Positions 18,266 through 26,891 of a stretch of 29,490 nt of DNA are shown here, piece by piece. The notes below the pieces were generated by a model, which was not told where the DNA came from, ran no database searches, and saw nothing but the letters and a program-made list of their open reading frames with translations. The stretch spans positions 1 through 29,490 of the forward strand of contig JAJXYJ010000018.1 of the NCBI GenBank assembly GCA_021780615.1. The letters are read 5' to 3'. This DNA comes from a bacterium (GTDB lineage: Bacteria > Patescibacteriota > Minisyncoccia > UBA6257 > JAGOQP01). The position numbers and the translations under genes were made by a program. The first letter of the stretch is position 1, and every line of letters starts with the position of its first letter.

Positions 18266-18646
18266 ATGGATTTTAATAAAAAAAATTTGTTCATAACATG
18301 GGGGGTACGTGCGATAACCGCATGTGGAGTCATTCTCTTTTCGCTTCCTCTGTGGGCACGCGCCGCACTTATTACTTGTGGAAATGATCCCAATGGTGCC
18401 CCCTGTACGTACAATGATTTTAAAACGACTCTTGATGGAGTGGTACAGTTTTCCATACTCTACATCGCTATTCCTGCGGCGGTGATAGTGATTGTTATTG
18501 GAGGCATTATGATGATTTTAGATGGTGGTAATGAGTCTCGATTCAAACAAGGAAAGAAAATGATACAGGGAGTTATTATTGGATTGCTCATAACATTGGG
18601 AGCATGGATTATTGTTAAAACAATTCTCAATCTTTTATTTACCTAA
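18266..18646 (+). CDS. TrbC/VirB2-like (T4SS pilin-like) small secreted two-helix protein, paralog 1 of 5
   Basis: Sec-type signal peptide with AxA site (…LPLWARA|A). The mature part has two hydrophobic helices separated by a Lys-rich loop (…IVIVIGGIMMILDGGNESRFKQGKKMIQGVIIGLLITLGAWIIV…). Confidence 0.55.
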   Translation: MDFNKKNLFITWGVRAITACGVILFSLPLWARAALITCGNDPNGAPCTYNDFKTTLDGVVQFSILYIAIPAAVIVIVIGGIMMILDGGNESRFKQGKKMIQGVIIGLLITLGAWIIVKTILNLLFT

Positions 18647-18649
18647 GGT

Positions 18650-19048
18650 ATGCAGTATACTAGGCGCATATATATGAAGAGATTCATTGTCACAATTCCT
18701 GTATTATATGTATTAAGCATAGCACCGAGTGTTTTTGCGAACGGTACAGGGGATACAGGGGGAGCAAATCCAACAGACATACAACTTACCAATCCATTGA
18801 GTGGTAATGTAAACGATGTTCCTTCTCTGTTAAATAAGATTATTCAGTACCTGCAGATTATCGCGGTACCACTTTTGACAATCGCCATTATTATGGGGGC
18901 GTTCCAAATGCTTACCGCCGGAGGAGATGAAGCTAAATTTAAAAAAGGCAAAAAAACAATTACCTATGCGGCTATTGGCGCGGCGGTCATTATGGCGGCG
19001 AGCGGTATTATTTTAATTATCAAACAATTTTTAGGGGCAACGTCGTAA
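18650..19048 (+). CDS. TrbC/VirB2-like small secreted two-helix protein, paralog 2
   Basis: Signal peptide …SIAPSVFA|N. Core …IQYLQIIAVPLLTIAIIMGAFQMLTAGGDEAKFKKGKKTITYAAIGAAVIMAASGIILIIKQF… is alignable with paralogs 1 and 3-5. The start could be the internal MKRF at 18674. Confidence 0.55.
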   Translation: MQYTRRIYMKRFIVTIPVLYVLSIAPSVFANGTGDTGGANPTDIQLTNPLSGNVNDVPSLLNKIIQYLQIIAVPLLTIAIIMGAFQMLTAGGDEAKFKKGKKTITYAAIGAAVIMAASGIILIIKQFLGATS

Positions 19049-19085
19049 CGTTGGTTGCAACGCATCCCCGCATTTATTATTTATT

Positions 19086-19436
19086 ATGATATACACTACA
19101 AAACTAAAAGCAGCCACATCGTCAATCTTTCTTTCACTACTAGTTCTTCCGGCTTACGCGGCGGCACAATCGCTTCCCAGCGCACCAATCAGTAGTTACA
19201 ATGATATTGTGTTACTTTTGGAGAAAGCGGTGCAGTGGATGTATCAAATATTTTTTATTCTTGCGGTGCTCTTTATCCTTGTTGCCGCGTTTACCTACCT
19301 GCGTGCTGGCGGGGATGCCGCGCAGGTAAAGAAGGCACAAACCATACTCAAGAACGCGGTCATTGCCATTGTTATTGCATTGATATCAACGGCTGCGTCG
19401 GTCATTATTCAAAATTTTATCAACCCTCATAATTAA
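19086..19436 (+). CDS. TrbC/VirB2-like small secreted two-helix protein, paralog 3
   Basis: Signal peptide …LVLPAYA|AAQ. Core AVQWMYQIFFILAVLFILVAAFTYLRAGGDAAQVKKAQTILKNAVIAIVIALISTAASVIIQNF. Confidence 0.55.
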   Translation: MIYTTKLKAATSSIFLSLLVLPAYAAAQSLPSAPISSYNDIVLLLEKAVQWMYQIFFILAVLFILVAAFTYLRAGGDAAQVKKAQTILKNAVIAIVIALISTAASVIIQNFINPHN

Positions 19437-19858
19437 TGACATCACGAAATGGTATGAAGAAATATTTATTACTCATTGCGCTTATTTTTCTCATTGGACT
19501 TCCCTTTGTAGTCCATGCGGGTATCATTGATCCCTTTAATAAGGGAGATATGACCTCTCCTATTCAATCAGCAGGGGGTGCTTTGGGAGTTGTCATTGTT
19601 GCTATTCAGTGGATGTATACTATCTTTTTTATTGTAGCAGTGTTCTTTATTTTAATGGCGGCATACAATTTTGTATTGGGGGGAGCGAATGAAAAAAAAG
19701 TTGCCGCCGCAAAAGGACAGTTAAAATATGCCGCCATTGCCATCGTGGTAGCACTCCTTGCTTCGGGTATGAGTTTGGTGATTAGTAATTTTTTGCAAAA
19801 TCCCGCAAGTGCCGGATCGCAACCGACCACCACGATTCCACCAACGACCACTCTCTAG
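19436..19858 (+). CDS. TrbC/VirB2-like small secreted two-helix protein, paralog 4 (Thr/Pro-rich C-terminal tail)
   Basis: TAATG stop-start overlap with paralog 3. Signal peptide …LPFVVHA|G. Core AIQWMYTIFFIVAVFFILMAAYNFVLGGANEKKVAAAKGQLKYAAIAIVVALLASGMSLVISNF. The tail is …GSQPTTTIPPTTTL. Confidence 0.55.
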   Translation: MTSRNGMKKYLLLIALIFLIGLPFVVHAGIIDPFNKGDMTSPIQSAGGALGVVIVAIQWMYTIFFIVAVFFILMAAYNFVLGGANEKKVAAAKGQLKYAAIAIVVALLASGMSLVISNFLQNPASAGSQPTTTIPPTTTL

Positions 19859-19939
19859 GTATCTCTTGCGACCAGATGTTGTATAGTATATACTGCCTGC
19901 AAGCATTCAAAGGTCGTTGCTTTTAAATAATGAATTGCT

Positions 19940-20341
19940 ATGAAAAATAAAATCATTCCCGTGTTCGTCTATATGTTCGTCATTGGCATTGTGGTATTGA
20001 GTGTCGGTCCCGCATTTGCACAGGTTATTATCCCTGGACAAACGCCGGCTCCATTCATTAACCAACAGGGCCCCAGTAGCGTTTCAGGATGGGTACAGGT
20101 AGTACTTACTGTTATTAAATGGTTTTACAGCATCATCTTTATCATTGCTGTATTCTTCATTCTTATGGCGGCATTCCATTTCGTCACCAGTAAGGGAGAT
20201 CCTGGTAAGACAAAGACAGCACGCTCGGAACTTATGTATGCAGTCGTAGGAATCGCCGTAGCATTGCTTTCCTATGGAATTGTGGCGTTTATCGGTAACA
20301 CTGTAAATACCGCAACAAACACGCAAGGAACATCCTTCTAG
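19940..20341 (+). CDS. TrbC/VirB2-like small secreted two-helix protein, paralog 5 (separated by an ~80-bp spacer with a possible own promoter)
   Basis: Signal peptide …SVGPAFA|Q. Core VIKWFYSIIFIIAVFFILMAAFHFVTSKGDPGKTKTARSELMYAVVGIAVALLSYGIVAFIGN. A terminator follows. Confidence 0.55.
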   Translation: MKNKIIPVFVYMFVIGIVVLSVGPAFAQVIIPGQTPAPFINQQGPSSVSGWVQVVLTVIKWFYSIIFIIAVFFILMAAFHFVTSKGDPGKTKTARSELMYAVVGIAVALLSYGIVAFIGNTVNTATNTQGTSF

Positions 20342-20366
20342 TTTTTCAGCAACATAATTTTTGAAA

Positions 20367-20397
20367 TAAAAAAGCCCCGCATACGCGGGGTTTTTAA
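20367..20397. terminator. Bidirectional intrinsic terminator (AAAAAAGCCCCGC-ATAC-GCGGGGTTTTT) between the pilin-like array and the convergent SPFH operon
   Basis: Perfect 7-bp GC stem flanked by an A-tract and a T-tract. Confidence 0.75.
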
Positions 20398-20415
20398 TTG
20401 AGCTTATGCCACAGT

Positions 20416-20862
20416 TTATTCTGTGGAAATAAGCATTTTCTGCGGGGATGGTCCGGACCATATCCAAAAGGTCCTTTCATCCCAATTAAAACGAACAAAC
20501 GGAGGTCCCTTCCCTCTTTTTGCCCAAATGGTATCGGGCTGAGCTCGTCCGAGGGACCATATAATACAATAGCCGGTGCTATTGTATGGCGGGAGGAAAT
20601 CCATATTCCACTTTGCAACATCCTTTAGGCGAAGGATGACTGCGCTGGTGGGAGCATTGAATGTCAAAGAATTTCCACCATGGATGACGAGTTCTCCATT
20701 GTGCCATCCGCTGGTGGACAAGGATGTTTTTTTAGAATTAGAAGTAAGATAATGAATCTCTATATATCCTATATATATTGCTATGAGGATAAAAATAATT
20801 GATATTTTTTTTAAAATACCGCTTATTTTTTTAGCTGCCGTCACCTTTTTTGCATTACTCAT
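20416..20862 (-). CDS. Hypothetical bitopic membrane protein (N-terminal TM plus Trp-rich extracytoplasmic domain) co-transcribed with the SPFH gene; possibly NfeD-like
   Basis: ATGA stop/start overlap with the upstream SPFH gene. One TM helix (ISIIFILIAIYIGYI). No recognisable motif. The NfeD-like role is guessed only from its association with an SPFH gene. Confidence 0.35.
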   Translation of the reverse strand: MSNAKKVTAAKKISGILKKISIIFILIAIYIGYIEIHYLTSNSKKTSLSTSGWHNGELVIHGGNSLTFNAPTSAVILRLKDVAKWNMDFLPPYNSTGYCIIWSLGRAQPDTIWAKRGKGPPFVRFNWDERTFWIWSGPSPQKMLISTE

Positions 20863-22022
20863 GATCTTCCTCCTTTCCTTTTCTTTTTGTTGTCGTCTTT
20901 TTCATCTTCGTCCTGTTGTCTAAGAGGAGATGAGCCGCTAAGATTAAGCATGGCTAGCGCATTATTTGCACCCCCTCCATCGATGATGAAGCGAGTTGCT
21001 TTTCCTCGTTCTGTTTGAACGAGATTTGCAGCCATTTCAGCGCTGAGTCCTGCTTTCATGTAGTCTTTAATGCCACGGATGACGCCCAGTCTTTCAACGC
21101 GTTCGCTTATTTTTTGGATGCGTTCCTTCTCTATTTTCCGCGTTTCTATATCTACGGATTCCTTTGCTTTTGTAACTGCCTCATCCGCTTTTACTTCTGT
21201 AATATTGAATCGGGACACTGTGATGCCGAGTCCTTTAACCTTAACGTTGCCGTTCCCCTTTTTAAGGAGGGTTATGTTTTCTTCAAGACCATCCTCTTCG
21301 GATATTTGGAGAAGTACCGATTTTACAAAATCAGTCCCTGCTCCAGCAGCATCTTCCCATGTTTCCGGGAACGCCCCATCTTTTTCCGCAAGCTCTCTGA
21401 TTGCTTGGGCAATCATCCCGACAAGGATTTTTTCTACCTTGTCAAAATGATTTTTTTCCGTTTTTTCTTTTATAAATCCTGCATATTCCGTAAACTTACG
21501 GAAATCATGGATAAAGAACGCAAGTTCAAACATCACTTTACTATCGACTTGATCCTTTGATGTCCGCACTTCGTCTATGGTTTCTGTATAGCTTTGAGAA
21601 GATACATCGACAAGTACAAAGTTTTGAAACCAGGGGTAAAATAACAAGAATCTATTTCCGGGCTGATAGAGGGGAATAGGTAGTCGTTCGAACCAGTTTT
21701 CGTCTTCCCCATTCCTTTTTTTTAACTTCTTGGAGATGTAATAGAAAGGAGAGACTCCTTCTCTGTAATAATCTTCAAGAATAATTAAGGCGAATTTATA
21801 GGGTTTACTAGGAATTTCTACATACCCTGTTTCGTACATATTCCTTGCCCATTGAATACATGATGCAAGTAATACAAGTATCAGAATCGAGAATACTGTT
21901 GCGGAAATAATTCCGAGCACTTCTATAATAAATGAAAGAAAAAAGAGGACTACATATAACCCTCCAGCAAAAACAAATGGCGTCTTAAATTTAAAGAGAC
22001 CATTATCATAAATCCAACTCAT
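20859..22022 (-). CDS. SPFH/band-7 (stomatin/prohibitin/flotillin-like) domain membrane protein
   Basis: Two N-terminal TM segments. SPFH-like core (…TIDEVRTSKDQVDSKVMFELAFFIHDF…ILVGMIAQAIRELAEKDGA…VKVKGLGITVSRFNITEV…). Then a coiled-coil region and a charged tail. Confidence 0.7.
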   Translation of the reverse strand: MSWIYDNGLFKFKTPFVFAGGLYVVLFFLSFIIEVLGIISATVFSILILVLLASCIQWARNMYETGYVEIPSKPYKFALIILEDYYREGVSPFYYISKKLKKRNGEDENWFERLPIPLYQPGNRFLLFYPWFQNFVLVDVSSQSYTETIDEVRTSKDQVDSKVMFELAFFIHDFRKFTEYAGFIKEKTEKNHFDKVEKILVGMIAQAIRELAEKDGAFPETWEDAAGAGTDFVKSVLLQISEEDGLEENITLLKKGNGNVKVKGLGITVSRFNITEVKADEAVTKAKESVDIETRKIEKERIQKISERVERLGVIRGIKDYMKAGLSAEMAANLVQTERGKATRFIIDGGGANNALAMLNLSGSSPLRQQDEDEKDDNKKKRKGGRS

Positions 22023-22191
22023 TGTCTTATCTCCTATATTTTTTTTGTTATTAAATTGTCAATTTGCATAGATAAACGGATGGTATGAGCAGTTGTTTAT
22101 CTGTATATATAATAGCATAATTATATAAAATAGTCAATAATATCTTTGACCTTTTATAACTGTCTACTATTTGCTATGGTATGTTTGTATT

Positions 22192-22273
22192 GGGGACGTG
22201 GCGGAACTGGTAGACGCACTAGCTTTAGGAGCTAGCACCGCAAGGTATGAGAGTTCAAATCTCTCCGTCCCCA
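22192..22273 (+). tRNA. tRNA-Leu (anticodon UAG), class II with long variable arm
   Basis: GGGGACGTGGCGGAACTGGTAGACGCACTAGCTTTAGGAGCTAGCACCGCAAGGTATGAGAGTTCAAATCTCTCCGTCCCCA. Anticodon stem CTAGC/GCTAG, loop TTTAGGA. Long extra arm. T-arm GAGAG-TTCAAAT-CTCTC. Followed by CC. Confidence 0.85.
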
Positions 22274-22413
22274 CCGTTTTACTTTTTAAAGCTACATAGT
22301 ATACAGTGCTATTTCACTAAGACTTCGTAATATCTGTTAGTTCATTCAAGTTATCTAATATGCGGTACTGTTTTACTGGTAGTAGAACAAAAGAATGTTT
22401 TCTGTAGGTTTTG

Positions 22414-22475
22414 TAAAACTATATTCAACTCACTGAATATAGTTTCAATTTTTACGATCGTAAAAATTGAAACTG
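22414..22475. promoter_or_regulatory. Hairpin plus 32-bp perfect palindrome in the hppA upstream region
   Basis: AAACTATATTC-AACTCACT-GAATATAGTTT is an 11-bp stem. Immediately after it is the perfect palindrome GTTTCAATTTTTACGATCGTAAAAATTGAAAC. Neither has a T-tract typical of a terminator. Confidence 0.45.
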
Positions 22476-22609
22476 AGATCAGCATATGGAGTCTATGAGT
22501 AATCAACATAGTCAAATGTTTGTAGATTCACTATTGAGCTTGAAATGCGTCCATGGGTAAGGTACTATAAACGGCATTAACACGTCGTTTTTTTTATTAA
22601 TCATTATTT

Positions 22610-24664
22610 ATGTTGTACTATCTCATTTTTGTTCCGATTGCAGCGGCAATAGTATATGCCGCCGCGTTAATAGGATGGCTCACTAAACAACCATCTGGTA
22701 GTGATGCCATGCAGGCAATTTCTAAAGCAATTCAGGTCGGTTCTAAAGCATACCTCAATCGTCAGTATCGGACGGTGGCGGTAGTGGCGGTCATTCTCTT
22801 TTTAGTCATTGGTATTTTTATTGGCTGGCTCTCCGCATTGGGGTTTGTTGTGGGTGCAGTCCTTTCTGCACTTGCTGGCTACATTGGTATGAATGTGGCG
22901 GTGCGCTCAAATACAAAGACGGCGCAGGCGGCACACAAGGGTGTGGGCTCAGCACTGTCGGTGGCCTTTCGCGCCGGTTCAGTGACGGGACTATTGGTGG
23001 TGGCCTTGGGGCTTTTGGCGGTTGCCGGATTTTATCTGGTGAGCGGACAACAAGTTGAAGCACTTATTGGTCTTGGATTTGGAGCGAGCTTAATATCTAT
23101 TTTTGCCCGTTTAGGTGGTGGTATTTTTACCAAAGCAGCTGATGTGGGCACTGATTTAGTTGGTAAGCTTGAGGCAGGCATTCCGGAAGACGATCCTCGT
23201 AATCCCGGTGTTATCGCTGACAATGTCGGTGATAACGTGGGAGATTGTGCGGGTATGGCGGCGGATCTTTTTGAGACATATGCGGTTACGTTAACAGCGG
23301 CAATGCTTATCGGCTCTACCTTTCAGTATATTTCTGGAGAGCAGTTGTTTTTCCCGCTCGTCTTGGGTGGCGCGGCAATTATCGCATCAATCATCGGTAC
23401 TTTCTTTGTGCGAGGGAACCACACCAAAGATATTATGAAAGCGCTCTACAAAGGATTGGCAGTGGCGCTGGTTATTTCTGCGGGACTCTTCTATTGGGCG
23501 TCAGCGGTATTTTTCCCCAACACTATTTCAAATGTATTTATTCCCAGTATTGTCGGTCTTGCGGTGACGGCGTTGATGGTGGTGATTACGGATTACTACA
23601 CTGCTAAAAAATTCCGTCCGGTTAAAAGTATTTCCAATGCTTCGAATTCGGGACATGGAACAAACATTATTATGGGACTTTCGGTTGGTATGGAGGCGAC
23701 GTTCCTGCCCATTCTGGTTATTGCGGCAGGTATTTTAGTTTCATACTTCAGCTTCGGGGTGTATGGAGTGGCGATTGCAGCAACGGCGATGCTTTCGGTG
23801 GCAGGCATTATTGTGGCTATTGATTCATTCGGTCCGGTCACTGACAACGCCGGTGGCATTGCAGAGATGACACAGGCTCCCGAAGAAGTGCGGAGAGTAA
23901 CCGATGCGCTTGATGCGGTGGGCAACACCACCAAAGCGGTAACTAAAGGATATGCGATTGCTTCCGCAGGACTTGCGGCACTAGCGCTTTTTGCCGGGTT
24001 TACCGATCAGGTGAGTAAGGCATTGGGTCCCTTGGGACAAAATATTACTCAGCTCATGTATAACATCACCGATCCGTTTGTATTAACGGGACTCTTGATT
24101 GGAGCATCTCTTCCGTACCTCTTCTCATCTATTGCTATGAAATCAGTGGGAAAGGCGGCGGGTGTATTAGTGCATGAAATCCGTCGACAATTTAGAGATA
24201 TTGCAGGACTTATGGAAGGAACTGCAAAACCGGAATACGACAAGGCGGTTGATATTGTTACCAAAGCGGCGCTTCGGGAAATGATTGTCCCGGCTCTGCT
24301 ACCGATTGTCGCGGTATTGGTTGTTGGATTTGGATTTAAATATGGCGCCGGAGCTTTTCTCAATGGTATTAATCCGCAGGCGGGCATGGTCATTGGAGCA
24401 CAAGCCCTCGGTGGCATGCTTATCGGTGTTATTGTCTCGGGATTATTCTTGGCAATCTCCATGACATCGGGTGGTGCCGCATGGGATAATGCAAAGAAGC
24501 ACATCGAAGACGGTAATCATGGTGGTAAAGGTTCCGAAGCACACAAGGCAGCAGTGACGGGAGACACTGTCGGTGATCCCTACAAGGATACTGCGGGCCC
24601 GGCAATCAATCCGCTTATTAAAGTGATTATGATTGTGGCATTGCTTATTGTGCCGTTGCTCTAA
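22610..24664 (+). CDS. hppA: Membrane-bound proton-translocating pyrophosphatase (H+-PPase), predicted K+-independent subtype
   Basis: 684 aa polytopic protein. PPase signature [17 protein letters not shown]…[35 protein letters not shown]. The GNTTKA motif has Lys where K+-dependent enzymes have Ala (GNTTAA). Confidence 0.9.
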   Translation: MLYYLIFVPIAAAIVYAAALIGWLTKQPSGSDAMQAISKAIQVGSKAYLNRQYRTVAVVAVILFLVIGIFIGWLSALGFVVGAVLSALAGYIGMNVAVRSNTKTAQAAHKGVGSALSVAFRAGSVTGLLVVALGLLAVAGFYLVSGQQVEALIGLGFGASLISIFARLGGGIFTKAADVGTDLVGKLEAGIPEDDPRNPGVIADNVGDNVGDCAGMAADLFETYAVTLTAAMLIGSTFQYISGEQLFFPLVLGGAAIIASIIGTFFVRGNHTKDIMKALYKGLAVALVISAGLFYWASAVFFPNTISNVFIPSIVGLAVTALMVVITDYYTAKKFRPVKSISNASNSGHGTNIIMGLSVGMEATFLPILVIAAGILVSYFSFGVYGVAIAATAMLSVAGIIVAIDSFGPVTDNAGGIAEMTQAPEEVRRVTDALDAVGNTTKAVTKGYAIASAGLAALALFAGFTDQVSKALGPLGQNITQLMYNITDPFVLTGLLIGASLPYLFSSIAMKSVGKAAGVLVHEIRRQFRDIAGLMEGTAKPEYDKAVDIVTKAALREMIVPALLPIVAVLVVGFGFKYGAGAFLNGINPQAGMVIGAQALGGMLIGVIVSGLFLAISMTSGGAAWDNAKKHIEDGNHGGKGSEAHKAAVTGDTVGDPYKDTAGPAINPLIKVIMIVALLIVPLL

Positions 24665-24686
24665 TGAGATACGGCATGCAGTGTAT

Positions 24687-24718
24687 AAAAAAACAGTCCC
24701 CAGAGGGACTGTTTTTTT
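24687..24718. terminator. Bidirectional intrinsic terminator (AAAAAAACAGTCCC-CAGA-GGGACTGTTTTTTT) between hppA and the recombinase gene
   Basis: Perfect hairpin flanked by A and T tracts. The T-tract overlaps the recombinase stop codon. Confidence 0.75.
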
Positions 24719-25637
24719 ATGTATGTTTTTCCTGTCGGCGGCGCCCATGAAAACTTTTATGCACTTCTTTGAGTTGGTTGTTGGTCAGGTGGGTGTAGAC
24801 CTGTGTGGTGGCAATATTGGCGTGTCCCAATAGTTCTTGCACGGAACGCAAGTCAGCGCCATTCATTAAAAGGTCGGTGGCAAATTGGTGACGCAATTGG
24901 TGAGGGGTGACGCGTCCTAAGATGCCGGCTTTTTTTGCATAATATCCTACAAGGCGTTGTACCGTGCGGGGAATGATGGCGCCCAACACTTTTGGATGCG
25001 TTGCTTTGCTTATGCTGATAAATAATGATTCTTCGGCATCAGATCGTTTGTCCATATATGCCTTTATTGCTTGTTGTGCACGTTCAGAAAAGAAGACGAC
25101 GCGAAGTTTGTCTCCCTTACCGCGAATGGTAATTTCACCACGGTCAAAATCCATATAGCGGGACAGCGCGCAAAGCTCAGAGACACGAAGGCCGGTAGAA
25201 AAGAGCGTTTCTAGAATTGCCCGATCACGCAGTGCTCGAAAGCTATCGCCCTGGGGCGCGCGCAAAAAGCGCTCCAAATCCCCATATGCCACGATATCAA
25301 TCTGGCGTGAGGGTAATTTAGGCAATTCAATTTGTTCGGGGAGTACTCGCAGAGGAGCCTCTTGCTTAACCAAGTAGGTGAGAAAATTTCGAATGGCGAT
25401 GGCGTAGTAGGCCTGCGTGTTGCGTTTGAGATAGGTATCGGAAGAAAGTTTTTTGCGAGCAAGTGAAAGGCGGAAATTTTTTACCGTATCAGCGGTAATG
25501 TCGGCAATGGAGGTAATGTGTTGATCCTGTATGAATGCATCCAAGTAGCGGCGATAGTTAGCAACCGTTTTAGGAGATCTTCCTTTCTCTATTTCCAGGT
25601 AATCAATATATGATTGGACGGTGGATTGGATGGTCAT
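24717..25637 (-). CDS. xerC: Tyrosine site-specific recombinase, XerC/XerD-like
   Basis: N-terminal SAM-like domain (…YLEIEKGRSPKTVANYRRYLDAF…). C-terminal catalytic motifs (…HQLRHQFATDLLMNGADLRSVQELLGHANIATTQVYTHL…). No adjacent phage or plasmid genes. Confidence 0.8.
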   Translation of the reverse strand: MTIQSTVQSYIDYLEIEKGRSPKTVANYRRYLDAFIQDQHITSIADITADTVKNFRLSLARKKLSSDTYLKRNTQAYYAIAIRNFLTYLVKQEAPLRVLPEQIELPKLPSRQIDIVAYGDLERFLRAPQGDSFRALRDRAILETLFSTGLRVSELCALSRYMDFDRGEITIRGKGDKLRVVFFSERAQQAIKAYMDKRSDAEESLFISISKATHPKVLGAIIPRTVQRLVGYYAKKAGILGRVTPHQLRHQFATDLLMNGADLRSVQELLGHANIATTQVYTHLTNNQLKEVHKSFHGRRRQEKHT

Positions 25638-25883
25638 AAAATAATGTACAAATATTAGTTCACAATTTTCATTAAAATTCTTAAACCAACATCTATCACA
25701 GGAAAAAATTTTAATAGTATTGGAAATTGATCATTGGTAATTGAACATTCCACATGTGAAGATGTGTGGATTATATCATATTGTGCGACAGAATGGGGAA
25801 ATGGGGTATAAAAAAGAAAGGGAGGAGTGTTATTATGGACGCGAATTGACTTTTAGGGGCAAAAGCCGTATACTCAAAAAACT

Positions 25884-26150
25884 ATGTTAACGACTCGTAA
25901 AAAACAGAACGTCATCAAAGATGTGCGTATACACGACACTGATACCGGATCAGCGCAGGTTCAAGTAGGACTTGTGTCACGGCAAATAGATGAGCTCGCA
26001 AAGCATCTTAAGTCAAACCCGAAGGACAATTCCTCTCGCCGCGGACTTTTAAAGATGGTTTCAAAACGGCGTAAATTGCTTGATTATTTGTCTCACACCA
26101 ACGAAAAAGCCTACGCTACAGTAGTCAAAAAGCTTGGGCTCAAAAAATAA
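25884..26150 (+). CDS. rpsO: 30S ribosomal protein S15
   Basis: 88 aa (…GSAQVQVGLVSRQIDELAKHLKSNPKDNSSRRGLLKMVSKRRKLLDYL…), typical S15. Confidence 0.9.
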   Translation: MLTTRKKQNVIKDVRIHDTDTGSAQVQVGLVSRQIDELAKHLKSNPKDNSSRRGLLKMVSKRRKLLDYLSHTNEKAYATVVKKLGLKK

Positions 26151-26155
26151 GCATC

Positions 26156-26695
26156 ATGCACAATCAGGATCAACGAGTTGGAGTCTTTATTGATATCCAA
26201 AACTTGTATCACTCCGCCAAAAACCTGCACACTGCAAAGGTTAATTTTCCGTCGTTGTTAAAGTTTCTTGTGGGATCACGCCACCTCATTCGTGCGATTG
26301 GGTACGTGGTCAAAAGCGACTCCTCGCTTGGGGAGCAGTCTTTCTTTGAAGCCCTTGAAAAGGGCGGTATTGAATTACGCACCAAAGATTTGCAGGTGTA
26401 TGCTGATGGTATGAAAAAGGGTGATTGGGACGTGGGGATTGCTGTAGATGCTATCCGCATGAGCCAGTCACTTGATGTGGCAATTTTGGTGACCGGCGAC
26501 GGTGACTTTGTGCCACTCGTTGAATATTTAAAGTGGGGTCGCGGTTGTCATGTTGAGGTGGCGTCGTTTGGGCGGAGTACGTCCGCTCGTCTCAAAGATG
26601 TCGCTGACACCTACATTAATATCGACGATATGCCACAGATGCTTATTCGTGGAGGAAGAAATTCGCATTCGCGAATGAGTAGGAGGAGTAAGTAG
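26156..26695 (+). CDS. NYN-domain (LabA-like, PIN-fold) putative ribonuclease
   Basis: VGVFIDIQNLYHSAKNL… and …AILVTGDGDFVPLVEYL… match NYN/LabA signature regions. Starts 5 nt after the rpsO stop. Basic C-terminal tail. Confidence 0.65.
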   Translation: MHNQDQRVGVFIDIQNLYHSAKNLHTAKVNFPSLLKFLVGSRHLIRAIGYVVKSDSSLGEQSFFEALEKGGIELRTKDLQVYADGMKKGDWDVGIAVDAIRMSQSLDVAILVTGDGDFVPLVEYLKWGRGCHVEVASFGRSTSARLKDVADTYINIDDMPQMLIRGGRNSHSRMSRRSK

Positions 26696-26891
26696 TAAAC
26701 GGAACAGTCAAAGGGCAGAGATCAAAAGCGAGGAGGAGTAGAGTGGTAAAAAGTTTGCCACTTGTGCATCTTTTCACTTTTGACTTTTGCGCTTTTGGCA
26801 TTTCGTTTTGCATACAACGGGGTTTTGCGTGTGGCGCGATGCCTTCGTGGTACATATTATTTTTAACAAGGCAGAAGATATTATTATACAT

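Noticed and set aside
25638-25670. Candidate dif site (ATAATGTACAAATATTAG) upstream of the xer gene
   Set aside because: The arms are not inverted-symmetric and the match to dif consensus is limited to the ATAATGTA centre. Kept only as a weak note in findings.
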